A stretch of 64,000 nt of DNA, from the NCBI GenBank assembly GCA_964517415.1, contig CAZFCA010000001.1, positions 54,969 through 118,968 on the forward strand. Reading direction: 5' to 3'. Both the position numbers and the translations under genes were made by a program. Position 1 is the first letter of the stretch. Every line of letters begins with the position of its first letter. Shown here in pieces: positions 1-11,034 of the stretch. Source of the stretch: an uncultured Rhodospirillaceae bacterium. Its GTDB lineage: Bacteria > Pseudomonadota > Alphaproteobacteria > UBA9219. The notes under the pieces are model-generated. The model was not told the DNA's origin and made no database searches. It saw nothing but the letters and a program-made list of their open reading frames with translations.

Positions 1-764
1 AAATCGGCCAAAGAGCGCGTCGCGTAAAGCAAAACACCAACGGCTCCCAAGGCTGCCAGAAACCCCGCCGCAGCCGCGCGGGAAGATATGTGCAAAGCCT
101 GCTTTTCGAAATGGTTGCCGATGTCTTTGTCGTCCGTGCCGATCAGATGCAAAAGCGAGATCGTGTCGCGCTCCGAGGCCATGACGGCGCGGCAAATCAG
201 GCTGACGGTGATGATCAGCGACAGCCCCGTCAGGAAGATGGTCAGCCCGCCCAAAATGGTCAGGCCGCTCACAAGGCGGCCGACATCCTGCTCCCAGACT
301 CCATGGTCGTCGACGCGCGCGTCGCTTAATACGTTTTTCAGGGCTTTTTGGATATCGGCGGCCGCCAGCGTGGCGCCGGGCTTGCGCTCGATATCGATCA
401 GGGAAGGCAAAGGCAGAACTTTCAACATATCGGACTTGTTAAACCACGGCTGCACAAGACGGCGCACTTCCGCATCGGACAGCGGCTTGACCCGCTCGAC
501 TTCCGGCAGCGTTCGAAGAATGGAGACGGCTTGGCGAACGCGGTCGATTTGCGGCATGGCCGCTTCGTCGCCCAAGGCAGGGATTTCGACGGTCAATGTA
601 TTTGCTGCCGACTGCTCCCACAAATGCCCTGCCGTGAGCAGGAGTGCCTCGGCGACCGTCGCAAAGCTCGCAATAAAAACGACGATGCCGACAATCGCGC
701 TAAACGATCGTCCCAAATGTTGATGCCTGAATGCAGGCGTGAATAAATGGCGGGGAAGGGACAT
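1..764 (-). CDS. ftsX: FtsX-like permease family protein (cell-division FtsX type), N-terminus at 764, C-terminal end runs past the window edge
   Basis: Manual minus-strand translation is an open frame from ATG 764..762 to position 1: MSLPRHLFTPAFRHQHLGRSFSAIVGIVVFIASFATVAEALLLTAGHLWEQ (TM1), about 115 aa periplasmic segment (..VRQAVSILRTLPEVERVKPLSDAEV..), then TM helices (LVSGLTILGGLTIFLTGLSLIITVSLI, FLAALGAVGVLLYATRSLAD). It is missing from the ORF track because there is no stop inside the window. The plus-strand ORFs 88..746 are its antisense. Confidence 0.6.
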   Translation of the reverse strand, partial: MSLPRHLFTPAFRHQHLGRSFSAIVGIVVFIASFATVAEALLLTAGHLWEQSAANTLTVEIPALGDEAAMPQIDRVRQAVSILRTLPEVERVKPLSDAEVRRLVQPWFNKSDMLKVLPLPSLIDIERKPGATLAAADIQKALKNVLSDARVDDHGVWEQDVGRLVSGLTILGGLTIFLTGLSLIITVSLICRAVMASERDTISLLHLIGTDDKDIGNHFEKQALHISSRAAAAGFLAALGAVGVLLYATRSLAD

Positions 765-869
765 TAAAGGATGCGGAAAGGGGGTTGGGATTTTAGATAG
801 AGGATAGGTGTCGGATGATATTAGTCAATCCGCCTTTTTATTAGGCTTTGTCTTGATTGTACAATATCG

Positions 870-1787
870 TTAAACAATAATCGTACCTTCTGCATAGACA
901 TCGAAAAACGTGGGCTGAGCAGATTTTATCTCTTGTTTCGAGGATGAAGTCTCAACAACAATTTTTCTGGATAGCCCTTCTGTCTCTTTTGCTACGCGCT
1001 CTATTGCTACGGTACAATAGGCTGCACTGTTGTCGATAAGTAAGGCGTTCCTGTTTGTCTGTAGGGCTGCAATTCCTGTTGTTCCTGATCCACCAAAAGG
1101 ATCGATGATCAATGAACCGGGACGGCTTAGCAGTTTGATAAAAAAGAGTGGTAATTCAAGAGGGAAAACAGCAGGATGTCCCTTGTTTTTTCCCACTAAT
1201 GCGGCTGTAATGACATTGGAGGGCAAAACATCTTTTTTTCCGACCCAACGGGATATGTCCCTTCCAAAACCACTTCGGTTTTCACTATTGTGCCGAGCCT
1301 TGTCATTGATGCCAAGATTTTGAAGCCGCGATTTGACCCATGAGCCGACGGGAATGCGAACACTATCTTGGTCCATATAGGGACGCTTATTCTTGGAAAG
1401 ATGAAAACAATACTCCCACCCATCTCGTAAACGATTTGGCCAGAAGCCGGGCATAGGGTTTGGTTTATGCCAAATATAATCTTCTATGCAGAACCATCCT
1501 GCATCACGAAGCCTCATAATGGTTTCCCAAACATATCGATGTCTTGTTCCATCGACGACCTTGTCCTTAATGTTAATCACGAGGGAGCCGTCGGGTTTTA
1601 GACATTCCCAAAAAGCATCATGAAATGTCATGAACCAATCTGCAAACGCATCTGGATGCATACTGTCATAATGGCTCTTTCGCGCATCGGCATAAGGGGG
1701 CGAAGTAACAATGAGATCTGCTTGCCCCTGATGTTTCCGTAAAACCTGACGGCAATCCCCCTCAGAAATTGTGCAAGTATTCATCAT
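870..1787 (-). CDS. Type II DNA methyltransferase, beta-class (motif IV SPPY precedes motif I FGGSGTT); N4-cytosine or N6-adenine specific
   Basis: ORF track 870..1802. The real ATG (MMNTC..) is preceded by a perfect AAGGAGG SD. Motifs LIVTSPPYA and IIDPFGGSGTTG are in the beta-class order. Local GC is clearly below the flanks. Confidence 0.8.
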   Translation of the reverse strand: MMNTCTISEGDCRQVLRKHQGQADLIVTSPPYADARKSHYDSMHPDAFADWFMTFHDAFWECLKPDGSLVINIKDKVVDGTRHRYVWETIMRLRDAGWFCIEDYIWHKPNPMPGFWPNRLRDGWEYCFHLSKNKRPYMDQDSVRIPVGSWVKSRLQNLGINDKARHNSENRSGFGRDISRWVGKKDVLPSNVITAALVGKNKGHPAVFPLELPLFFIKLLSRPGSLIIDPFGGSGTTGIAALQTNRNALLIDNSAAYCTVAIERVAKETEGLSRKIVVETSSSKQEIKSAQPTFFDVYAEGTIIV

Positions 1788-2710
1788 GCCTCCTTGCTGC
1801 AAAACGCAAGGAATTTGCGAGGGTCGATCAATCCTTTTTCATTCAACAACCCTAGTTCCAGCAATTTTTCTTTGAGCAAAAGTGCGCACTCTGATTTATA
1901 CTTGAGGGTCATAAAGGGCAGGTGCTTTGCCACATGTTTAAACGCTAGTGCATAAATTTCGTTTGCCTGTCTTCCAGTCAGATATGGAAAAAGAAAGCCA
2001 GGCCCCCAAGTCTCGCAATTCATTGAATACCAATTTTTGTTTTTATCCCGTTTAACTTTTCTGTCTTTATTATAAGGACGAATTTTCCCTCCCGAAGGAG
2101 TTGCCACAGCTATCACGCATAAATAGGGACGGGTAAGATTTTTTTCCTGTTTTGCGCGTGTTTCCAGACGCCGAATAACCCCACCCACATCTTGCCCCCC
2201 GACTGTATCGCCGGATTTTTTCACAGACATGTATATTCTTAAGCCTTGTTTATGAGCGCCGATATGCGGTGTATCTATATCGACAACAATATCGTCCTCG
2301 CTGCTTCCATCAAAGCTCTTCGAAAAACGCTGATGAACTAACTCGAGAAGGAGATACTGATAAAATAAGCCCATCGCGATTCGATGCTGCTGCATTTCAT
2401 GGCTAACAGCATCTAATTCGAAAACATTTTCCACTTCGCATTGTGCCAAAAATGATGGCGACAAGATGGGGTCGCTGCGTTCTCTCAGATGCTTAATGCA
2501 CTGATCGATCAACTGTTCGGGAGTGTCTCGCCTCATTTTTGTTTTGCCAGTTTTATCGAGGCCTGATCGTTGAAAAGCCCGGTCGATAATAAGGTCAATG
2601 CTCTTGGTGTCCATAGGGGGCGGGATTGCATAAAGATTGTCGTCAGACAGCACCTCGCCCTCGGTTCGCGCATACGTTTGCATGGGGTGTTGTGCTGTGC
2701 GTTTAGCCAT
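1784..2710 (-). CDS. Putative type II restriction endonuclease partner of the downstream methyltransferase (family not recognisable)
   Basis: 308-aa ORF immediately upstream and co-oriented with the MTase. Its stop overlaps the MTase start (ATGA). Low GC, no homolog recognised. Assignment is by context only. Confidence 0.5.
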   Translation of the reverse strand: MAKRTAQHPMQTYARTEGEVLSDDNLYAIPPPMDTKSIDLIIDRAFQRSGLDKTGKTKMRRDTPEQLIDQCIKHLRERSDPILSPSFLAQCEVENVFELDAVSHEMQQHRIAMGLFYQYLLLELVHQRFSKSFDGSSEDDIVVDIDTPHIGAHKQGLRIYMSVKKSGDTVGGQDVGGVIRRLETRAKQEKNLTRPYLCVIAVATPSGGKIRPYNKDRKVKRDKNKNWYSMNCETWGPGFLFPYLTGRQANEIYALAFKHVAKHLPFMTLKYKSECALLLKEKLLELGLLNEKGLIDPRKFLAFCSKEA

Positions 2711-2822
2711 TTTGGAGTAATTCTTTCAAAACGAGATGCAACTAAACCTAACACTGCAACGTTGATTCGACTAGAAGGACATTGCTGCGCTCCTTTGTTA
2801 ATATAGTGACGGTTTTAGTGAT

Positions 2823-3665
2823 TTATAATCCCCTAACGCTAACCCCTTTATATTCCGTGCGCAAAGCATCGTGAAGGGCGGGAAACAGGGCGGCGATTTC
2901 ATCGTCCAGTTTCCACGGCGGGTTGACGATCATCATGCCGCATCCGTTCAAGCGGTCGGCGCGAACGTCCTCGTGATAAACGAATTCCGCGCATAAAATT
3001 TTCGGAATGCCGGAACGCGCCAAGGCTTCGTGAAATTTCCAAATCGCGGGGCGATCCTTCACGGGATACCAGATCAAGTAAATCCCATTCGGCCAGCGGC
3101 GATGGGCGGCGACAAGATTTTTCACGACGGCGTCGAATTCGTCCGGCTGTTCATAGGGCGGATCGATCAACGCAAGCCCGCGCTTTTCCGGCGGCGGAAG
3201 AAAAGCGCGAAGCGCGGCAAAGCCGTCGCGCGCATGGACTTGAAAACGCGCATCCTTCGGCGCTTGAAGGCGAAGAATTTCAGCGTCTTCGGGATGCATC
3301 TCGCACGCGATCAGGCGATCCTGCGCCCGCAGCATATGATACGCGAAAAGCGGCGAGCCCGGATAAACTCGAAAGCCTTGCGCGCTTTTGCCGTCCCAAA
3401 GGGGGTTCATTTTCCGCAAAACCGCCATGGTGTCAGCAAGCGCGGGCAGGGCGGGGGCGTTCAAAAGGCTGAGTATTCCTTCCGTCGATTCCTCGGTTTT
3501 TTTCGCGCGGGGGTCTTCAAGATCGTAAAAGCCGATCCCTGCGTGCGTGTCGAGGACGGCAAAAGGGGTTTCCTTGTCGCGCAGACGGCGCAGAACAAGC
3601 GTCAAAATAGCGTGTTTGACGACATCGCAGCGGTTGCCCGCGTGAAAAATGTGGCGGTAGTTCAT
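2823..3665 (-). CDS. rlmJ: 23S rRNA (adenine2030-N6)-methyltransferase RlmJ
   Basis: N-terminus MNYRHIFHAGNRCDVVKH and the LIDPPYE motif are characteristic of the RlmJ/YhiR family. 280 aa. Confidence 0.8.
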   Translation of the reverse strand: MNYRHIFHAGNRCDVVKHAILTLVLRRLRDKETPFAVLDTHAGIGFYDLEDPRAKKTEESTEGILSLLNAPALPALADTMAVLRKMNPLWDGKSAQGFRVYPGSPLFAYHMLRAQDRLIACEMHPEDAEILRLQAPKDARFQVHARDGFAALRAFLPPPEKRGLALIDPPYEQPDEFDAVVKNLVAAHRRWPNGIYLIWYPVKDRPAIWKFHEALARSGIPKILCAEFVYHEDVRADRLNGCGMMIVNPPWKLDDEIAALFPALHDALRTEYKGVSVRGL

Positions 3666-3810
3666 GGAGGTTCTTTTATAATGTAAACAATTGGGGTATA
3701 TATAGTCCGAAATTCACGTGGGGCTAGGGGTTAGGAGTTTGGCTTGGAGATGTTTCCCCAACTCCCCACCCCCAACCCTCAATCCCTAATCCCCAACCCC
3801 CTATCTTCCC

Positions 3811-4641
3811 ATGACCTCTTTCCCCAAAAAATTAGCCTTTGTATTGAGCTTTGCCCTTATCGCCTTCGCGTTTACGGCGCCTCCCGCCGAAGCGCACAAA
3901 AAGAGCTATAAGCACACGCATCACGTAGCCAAGAAGAAGAAAGGCAAAGCCGACGCTGAAACGATCATGATCGTGAAACGGGCGCAGCAACATTTGGCGC
4001 ATTTGGGGTATTATGTCGGCAAGATCGACGGGATCATGGGGCCAGCCACAAAAACGGCTATTAAAAATTTCCAGCGCGATAAAAGCCTGAAAGCCAGCGG
4101 CGCTTTGGATAACAAGACAAGGCTTGCGCTGGAGGAAGCGGACAACATCATCCTGCCGCGCAAGGAATCCGGCGCGGCGCTTCCTGCGCCCAATCCGGCC
4201 GATATGCAGCCTGCGCAGGATTTCGAAGCCCCGCTTAAAGGCGGCTCTAAAGTCGTTTCCTCCCGCTATGCGAGTTTGGATGTGGCCGAAACGGGGCAGG
4301 GCGCCGATAAACGCTACGCCGTGAACCTGAACGGCCAGCCCATCCTTCTTGCGGAAGGTCAACCTTCGGTAGTCGGCATTTCGACGACCTACAATCTAGG
4401 CGAGGAGGATGCCGTTATATTCACAACATTCAGCCCTAACGAGGATGGCTGCACCTATAAGAATCGCGTTCTCGCCATGAAGGGCGGGGAACACAAACTG
4501 CTCGATATCGATAATTGCACGCGAAATTATCAAGCCTTTGTCGATAGGGGTTCCTTGTATATCGTTTTCCCCGAACGCGATGATAACCGCCCCGTCGGCG
4601 CCACATGGCGGCTTGAGGGTATCTCTTTGAACAGGCTTTAG
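3811..4641 (+). CDS. Secreted protein with peptidoglycan-binding (PG_binding_1-like) domain
   Basis: Signal peptide (LAFVLSFALIAFAFTAPPAEA). The segment LGYYVGKIDGIMGPATKTAIKNFQRDKSLKASGALDNKTRLAL matches the PG-binding repeat consensus. C-terminal domain unknown. Confidence 0.55.
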   Translation: MTSFPKKLAFVLSFALIAFAFTAPPAEAHKKSYKHTHHVAKKKKGKADAETIMIVKRAQQHLAHLGYYVGKIDGIMGPATKTAIKNFQRDKSLKASGALDNKTRLALEEADNIILPRKESGAALPAPNPADMQPAQDFEAPLKGGSKVVSSRYASLDVAETGQGADKRYAVNLNGQPILLAEGQPSVVGISTTYNLGEEDAVIFTTFSPNEDGCTYKNRVLAMKGGEHKLLDIDNCTRNYQAFVDRGSLYIVFPERDDNRPVGATWRLEGISLNRL

Positions 4642-5675
4642 AGGGGCAAGAGCGATTCGAGCTTGAGGTTGTTCGTATTAAAGGGAATTTGGCTTTTCGA
4701 ATTGAATGAAACATCGATTCGGTCTTTGCGGGAGTCCGATTCGGCGTAAATATCTATTTTCATTGTCCAATGTGGCGAATCGAGTAGGGAGCGACTCAGA
4801 TTCGGCCCCGATTCGACCAGAATATCTTTGTTTCCCTGTCTCTCAAGAGTTGAAAAGCACGAATCAAGGTCTTTGAAAACGGATACAGAAAATCCGCGTT
4901 CGGATGCCTCCTTTATATATGTATCAGTAACGTTGCCTTTGCGGTCGATAATGGCCAGGACGCGGCGTTTATCCTCGAAATCCTTCACATGCCTAACGGT
5001 AAAAAGCGGATTGTCGGCCAAGATCGTCCCGCTGCCCGTGACAATCGCGTCGGCTTTTTTTCTAAGCCGGTGCGCGAGGATAAGGGATTCTTTTGATGTG
5101 AAAGTTTTCTGGCCTTTTGGGGGAATCATGGAACCGCTCATATCAAAGGCGCGTTTGACGGTGACAAAAGGCTTTCCCGTTTGCGCATGAAAGAGAAAAG
5201 CATGGGCAAGGCGACGGCAGGCCTCGCTTTCGATATTTTCAATGACTTCGATTCCCGCAGCGCGGAGCTTCTCGCAGCCGCCGCCGGAAACGTTCCGATT
5301 CGGGTCGCGCAGGCCGATAACGACGCGGGAAATTTTGGCGGCGATAATCGCATTAACGCAGGGGGGCGTGCGGCCCTGATGGTTGCAGGGCTCTAAAGTG
5401 ACGCAAAGCGTCTCGATTTTATCCGTAAGGCCGCGCGCCGCGCAGTGCTTTAAAAGAGCCGCTTCCGCATGGTCTTCTCCCGCTTTTTGATGAGCGGCCA
5501 GAGCCAAAATGCGCCCCGACTTGTCAAGCGCGGCCGCCCCCACGGGAGGATTCGGAGAAGTCGCCCCCAGCCAATGCCGAGCCTCTTGGCAAGCGGCGAG
5601 CATGGCGGCTGAAAATGCTTGAAAATTCGTCTTTTCCATTGTGGATAAATATATATCTAAATTTCGCGTTTTCAT
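4638..5675 (-). CDS. ribD: Riboflavin biosynthesis protein RibD (pyrimidine deaminase / reductase); true start probably the internal Met near 5639
   Basis: Zinc deaminase motifs HAEAALL and [16 protein letters not shown], followed by a RibD reductase C-domain. Confidence 0.85.
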   Translation of the reverse strand: MKTRNLDIYLSTMEKTNFQAFSAAMLAACQEARHWLGATSPNPPVGAAALDKSGRILALAAHQKAGEDHAEAALLKHCAARGLTDKIETLCVTLEPCNHQGRTPPCVNAIIAAKISRVVIGLRDPNRNVSGGGCEKLRAAGIEVIENIESEACRRLAHAFLFHAQTGKPFVTVKRAFDMSGSMIPPKGQKTFTSKESLILAHRLRKKADAIVTGSGTILADNPLFTVRHVKDFEDKRRVLAIIDRKGNVTDTYIKEASERGFSVSVFKDLDSCFSTLERQGNKDILVESGPNLSRSLLDSPHWTMKIDIYAESDSRKDRIDVSFNSKSQIPFNTNNLKLESLLPL

Positions 5676-5722
5676 GCCGAATTTTTCTTGACCCTTGCCG
5701 GTTTATCCGCCAAAAAGCCGCT

Positions 5723-6604
5723 ATGCCAAGCCTTAAGGACCTCAAAAACCGCATCTCCAGCGTCAAGTCCACGCGCAAGATCACTTCGGCCATGAAAATG
5801 GTCGCGGGAAGCAAACTTCGCCGCGCGCAGGAACGAGCTGTGTCATCCCGCCCTTATGCCCAGCGCATGGCGCGGATGCTGTCTTCTTTGGCAGAAAATC
5901 TTTCCCCGGAAAATACGCCGCGCATTCTTTCGGGCACGGGGCAGGACAAAACCGTCCTTCTTCTGATTCTGACTTCCGACAGGGGGCTTTGCGGCGCGTT
6001 CAACAGCGCCGTGGTGCGCGAGACGCGGCGGCTTATCCATCAATACGAAACCGAAGGCAAGACGGTGAAACTGTTTTGCGTCGGCCGCAAGGGACGCGAT
6101 CTTCTCCGTCGCGATCATGCCTCGAAGATAGTCCATGCGTTGGAGGAAGTCGGCCGCCGAAGCCTTTCTTACGACGACGCCGTTTCGGTGAAGGAAAAAA
6201 TTTTGGCGATGTTCGAGGCGGGCGAATTCGACGTGTGCCATGTCGTTTTTAACCAATTCAAATCCGCCATTTCGCAGGTCGTGACCGTCAAGCAACTGGT
6301 GCCCTTCGCCATCGACAAGGAAGCCGAGCAGGACGACATGGCTCTGCATTCCTTGTGGGCGTTCGAGCCGAGCGAAAAAGAAATCCTTGAGGTTTTGCTG
6401 CCGCGCGCGCTGGCCGTGACCGTTTTCGGCGTGTTGCTGGAGAACGCGGCGGGCGAGCAGGGCGCGCGCATGACCGCGATGGACAACGCCACCCGCAACG
6501 CGGGCGAGATGATCAATAAGCTGACGCTCAACTACAACCGCAGCCGCCAGGCTTACATCACCAAGGAACTTATCGAAATTATTTCCGGCGCTGAAGCCTT
6601 ATAA
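5723..6604 (+). CDS. atpG: ATP synthase F1 gamma subunit
   Basis: [28 protein letters not shown] is a canonical gamma N-terminus. ORF-track start 5615 trimmed to this Met. Confidence 0.9.
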   Translation: MPSLKDLKNRISSVKSTRKITSAMKMVAGSKLRRAQERAVSSRPYAQRMARMLSSLAENLSPENTPRILSGTGQDKTVLLLILTSDRGLCGAFNSAVVRETRRLIHQYETEGKTVKLFCVGRKGRDLLRRDHASKIVHALEEVGRRSLSYDDAVSVKEKILAMFEAGEFDVCHVVFNQFKSAISQVVTVKQLVPFAIDKEAEQDDMALHSLWAFEPSEKEILEVLLPRALAVTVFGVLLENAAGEQGARMTAMDNATRNAGEMINKLTLNYNRSRQAYITKELIEIISGAEAL

Positions 6605-8040
<1,436 letters not shown>

Positions 8041-8041
<1 letters not shown>

Positions 8042-8445
8042 TGCCTGAAACGTTCACCTTTGAACTGGTGTCTCCTGAAAAGGTGCTGTTCAGCGGGCCT
8101 GCGCTGATGGTGACCGTGCCGGGCGAGCAGGGCGAATACGGCGTTTTGCCTGCCCATGCGCCGATGATCACGATGCTGAAGCCGGGCGTGATCGCCGTTT
8201 ATGCGAACGATTTAGCCGCGCCTTCGGCAAAGCTGTTCGTCGCGGGCGGCTTTGCGGAAGTCACGCAATCGCGCCTTACCATTTTGGCCGACGAAGCGAT
8301 GCCGGTCTGCGATTTGAACGCCGCCGAACTGTCCGATCATTGCAAGGATTTGGCCAAACAGCTTGCCGCTGTCGACGAAACCCAGCGCGCCGCGCTTCAG
8401 GCCAAGCATGATGTGGTTATGGCCAAAATAGCGGCGGTTGCGTAA
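8041..8445 (+). CDS. atpC: ATP synthase F1 epsilon subunit
   Basis: 134 aa, start overlaps the atpD stop (TAATG). Typical epsilon N-terminal beta-sandwich sequence. Confidence 0.9.
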
Positions 8446-8514
8446 TACTCTTTCAGGGCGGGATGACGACTGAATTCTTCTGAATCCTGAAATTCGAATC
8501 CTGAACCAATTTTT

Positions 8515-9276
8515 ATGCTCAACCCCGAAACCATCCTTATCACCGGCGCGTCGAGCGGCCTTGGGGCGGCGATGGCGGAATTGTATGCGGAACAAGGAAC
8601 GCATTTATTTCTGCATGGGAGAAACGCCGAAAGGCTTGCGGCCATAGCGGATAAAGTGCGCGGGCGAGGGGCGACTTGTGATGTTCATTGCGGCGACGTT
8701 TCGGACGCGCCCGCGATGGAGGCATGGATCAACGCTTGCGACGAGCAAAAGCCGCTTGATCTGGTTATCGTTAATGCGGGCATTTCAGCCGGAACGGGCG
8801 GCAGGGGCGAAACGGCCGCCCAAACGAAGGCGATCTTTTCCATAAACGTGTCGGGCGTTCTCAACACCGCGCATCCGGCCGCGCAAGTGATGAAAGCCCG
8901 GCGGCGCGGGCAGATCGCGATGATCAGCTCGCTAGCTGGCTTTCGCGGTTTCCCGGGCGCGCCCGCTTACTGCGCCAGCAAAGCCGCCGTGCGGATATAT
9001 GGCGAAGGCTTGCGCGGGGAGCTTGCGCGGCACGGTGTCGAGGTCTGCGTCGTTTGTCCGGGTTTCGTCAAAACGCCCATGACCGACGTAAACCGGTTTT
9101 CTATGCCGTTTTTGATGGATGCGCAGAAAGCGGCGCGGATTATCCAACAAGGGCTGTCCCGCAACCGTCCGCGCATCGCCTTTCCGTGGCCGATGTACTT
9201 GGGGATTCTGTTGCTTTCGCTTTTGCCGCAGAGATTGCTTGATAGAGCATTAAGGCTTACGCCGAGAAAGATTTAA
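8515..9276 (+). CDS. Short-chain dehydrogenase/reductase (SDR) family oxidoreductase
   Basis: TGASSGLGAAMA Rossmann motif and YCASKAA catalytic motif. Confidence 0.8.
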   Translation: MLNPETILITGASSGLGAAMAELYAEQGTHLFLHGRNAERLAAIADKVRGRGATCDVHCGDVSDAPAMEAWINACDEQKPLDLVIVNAGISAGTGGRGETAAQTKAIFSINVSGVLNTAHPAAQVMKARRRGQIAMISSLAGFRGFPGAPAYCASKAAVRIYGEGLRGELARHGVEVCVVCPGFVKTPMTDVNRFSMPFLMDAQKAARIIQQGLSRNRPRIAFPWPMYLGILLLSLLPQRLLDRALRLTPRKI

Positions 9277-9427
9277 GGGAACTAAATGTAAAAGGAATCG
9301 TCAATCCGGAACCTGTCACTCCTCCTGAATATTTACTCTATCGGGGATTTTGAGGGGGGACAGCGCGTTTAACATGGCCTTAAACGCAATTTTCTGCTAT
9401 AAAAGCCGACCTCGGAGACAAGGAATA

Positions 9428-9628
9428 ATGAGCGAACAGGAAAAGCTGAAAGAGCTTTTGGCGCAGCTTAAGGCCGAACATCGTGATTTGGACGATGCCA
9501 TCAGCATGCTTTCGGGGCGCGCTGTTCCCGATATGATTCAGATTCAAAGGCTGAAAAAGCGCAAGCTGATCATCCGCGACGAAATCACGAAGACGGAAAG
9601 CAATCTGCTGCCCGATATTATCGCGTGA
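9428..9628 (+). CDS. DUF465 (YdcH-like) small protein
   Basis: MSEQEKLKELLAQLKAEHRDLDDAI.. is the typical DUF465 coiled-coil. GGAGACAAGGAA RBS before this ATG. The upstream extension in the ORF track is probably spurious. Confidence 0.6.
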   Translation: MSEQEKLKELLAQLKAEHRDLDDAISMLSGRAVPDMIQIQRLKKRKLIIRDEITKTESNLLPDIIA

Positions 9629-9649
9629 CGGTTATCAATTATCGATCTT

Positions 9650-10249
9650 CTATTTCACCACCGACATCATGCTTTTGGCGGAGTGCTTGAGGCTAATCGA
9701 GATATCCTCGTCGTCTCGGAAGGTATAGGCGCCGTAGCTGACCTTGATATCAAGCGCGCAATTGCACAGCCGGTTCAGCGATTGTTGAAGCAGAGAAGCC
9801 AGAATTTCCGCTTTTCGCCAAGCGAAGGCGTTGTCGCAGCGCATCAGCAAGACGCCGAATTCGTCGCCCGCAAGGCGACCGACGATATCGGACGTGCGCA
9901 CATTGCCCGTCAAGATCGTGGCGATTTCTTTAAGCGCGTCCGCCGCCGCTTCGTTGCCGAACTGCGCCGCCGTTTCGGCCAGATTTCCGAAATCGAAATA
10001 CAGGATACTGGAAGTGCCGCCGTAACGCTTGTCAAACGCCAGCATGCGCGCGACTTCGCGGTTGAAATCGGGGCGGTTCAAAATGGGCGATTCCTGCGCC
10101 GCCTCAAGGGCATGAACTTTTTCCTGAAGCTCTCTGTTCTGCGACTTTGCCACCGAAAGCTCTTTTTGCAAGCCGCGCAAAATCTCCCGCTGCTGGTCGG
10201 TCAGCGGCGCATCATTAAGCAGATCAAGCGGAGAATTGGGATTTGTCAT
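9650..10249 (-). CDS. Coiled-coil protein with degenerate GGDEF domain (AGDEF in place of GG[DE]EF)
   Basis: YFDFGNLAETAAQFGNEAAADALKEIATIL...RLAGDEFGVLL...IKVSYGAYTF matches the GGDEF fold with a non-canonical active-site motif. Confidence 0.55.
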   Translation of the reverse strand: MTNPNSPLDLLNDAPLTDQQREILRGLQKELSVAKSQNRELQEKVHALEAAQESPILNRPDFNREVARMLAFDKRYGGTSSILYFDFGNLAETAAQFGNEAAADALKEIATILTGNVRTSDIVGRLAGDEFGVLLMRCDNAFAWRKAEILASLLQQSLNRLCNCALDIKVSYGAYTFRDDEDISISLKHSAKSMMSVVK

Positions 10250-10457
10250 TCGGCCGGGTAATTCGTGAAAGGATAGATACGTTAACAGCTATAGCCTTTT
10301 GGTGAAAAACAGGTTAATTTATATTAGATCGAATGTTAACGTGGGCATGAAGAAGATTCCTTTGGAACGGATAGAGCTCTAATTCTTCTCATTCTTTCCG
10401 CGCCTGTCTTGGCAGCAGCATGGAACGACAGTCATAGTCAAATTGAAGGTGCGCTTT

Positions 10458-10964
10458 ATGGCTAAGAAAACCAGAAAATCCTCCCAAAACCCCGTTGTCG
10501 GCATCGTGATGGGAAGTTCCTCGGACCGCAAGGTCATGCAAAACGCAGCCAAGGTTCTGGACGATTTCGGCGTTTCTTACGAGTCGCTGGTCATGTCGGC
10601 GCATCGTGCGCCGTCGCGCGTCATATCATATGGGGGTGGGGCGGCGTCGCGCGGCCTCAAGGTGCTTATCGCGGGGGCGGGCATGGCGGCGGCCTTGCCC
10701 GGGATGCTGGCGGCATTGACGCCTTTGCCCGTTTTGGGCGTGCCGATTCCCGGCAAGTTTTTGGACGGCTTAGACAGCCTTTTATCCATTGCGCAAATGC
10801 CTGCGGGCATTCCCGTGGGCACGCTGGCCGTCGGCACTGCGGGCGCAAAAAACGCGGCTTTCTTGGCCGTTGCGATACTCGCGTTGAACGACAAGTCTTT
10901 GGCGGCAAAATTGGCCAAATGGCGTAAGGAACAGGCTTCGGCAGTACCTGCGAATCCTAAATAA
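10458..10964 (+). CDS. purE: N5-carboxyaminoimidazole ribonucleotide mutase PurE
   Basis: VGIVMGSSSD and SAHRAP motifs. Start trimmed to the ATG behind an AAGGTG RBS. Confidence 0.85.
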   Translation: MAKKTRKSSQNPVVGIVMGSSSDRKVMQNAAKVLDDFGVSYESLVMSAHRAPSRVISYGGGAASRGLKVLIAGAGMAAALPGMLAALTPLPVLGVPIPGKFLDGLDSLLSIAQMPAGIPVGTLAVGTAGAKNAAFLAVAILALNDKSLAAKLAKWRKEQASAVPANPK

Positions 10965-11034
10965 GTACTTCCAAAGAGCTTTGGGAGCGCGTAGATTTCC
11001 CTTTCGCGATCTTTTTTCCTCCTAAGAGCCTTTC

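Noticed and set aside
88-746. Plus-strand ORFs 88..723, 90..329 and 348..746 from the ORF track
   Set aside because: They are antisense shadows of the FtsX-like gene on the minus strand (low-complexity R/S/T/D/G-rich products). The minus-strand frame translates to a clean TM/periplasmic/TM protein.
5676-5722. Possible FMN riboswitch upstream of ribD
   Set aside because: The ribD-atpG divergent spacer is only about 50-85 bp, far too short for an RFN element, and no RFN-like conserved stems were seen.
10262-10457. Three GTTAA(C/T) motifs upstream of purE as a possible regulator site. Absence of purK after purE.
   Set aside because: The motifs are too short and degenerate to call a binding site. 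Class II PurE needs no PurK, and purK may simply be elsewhere.
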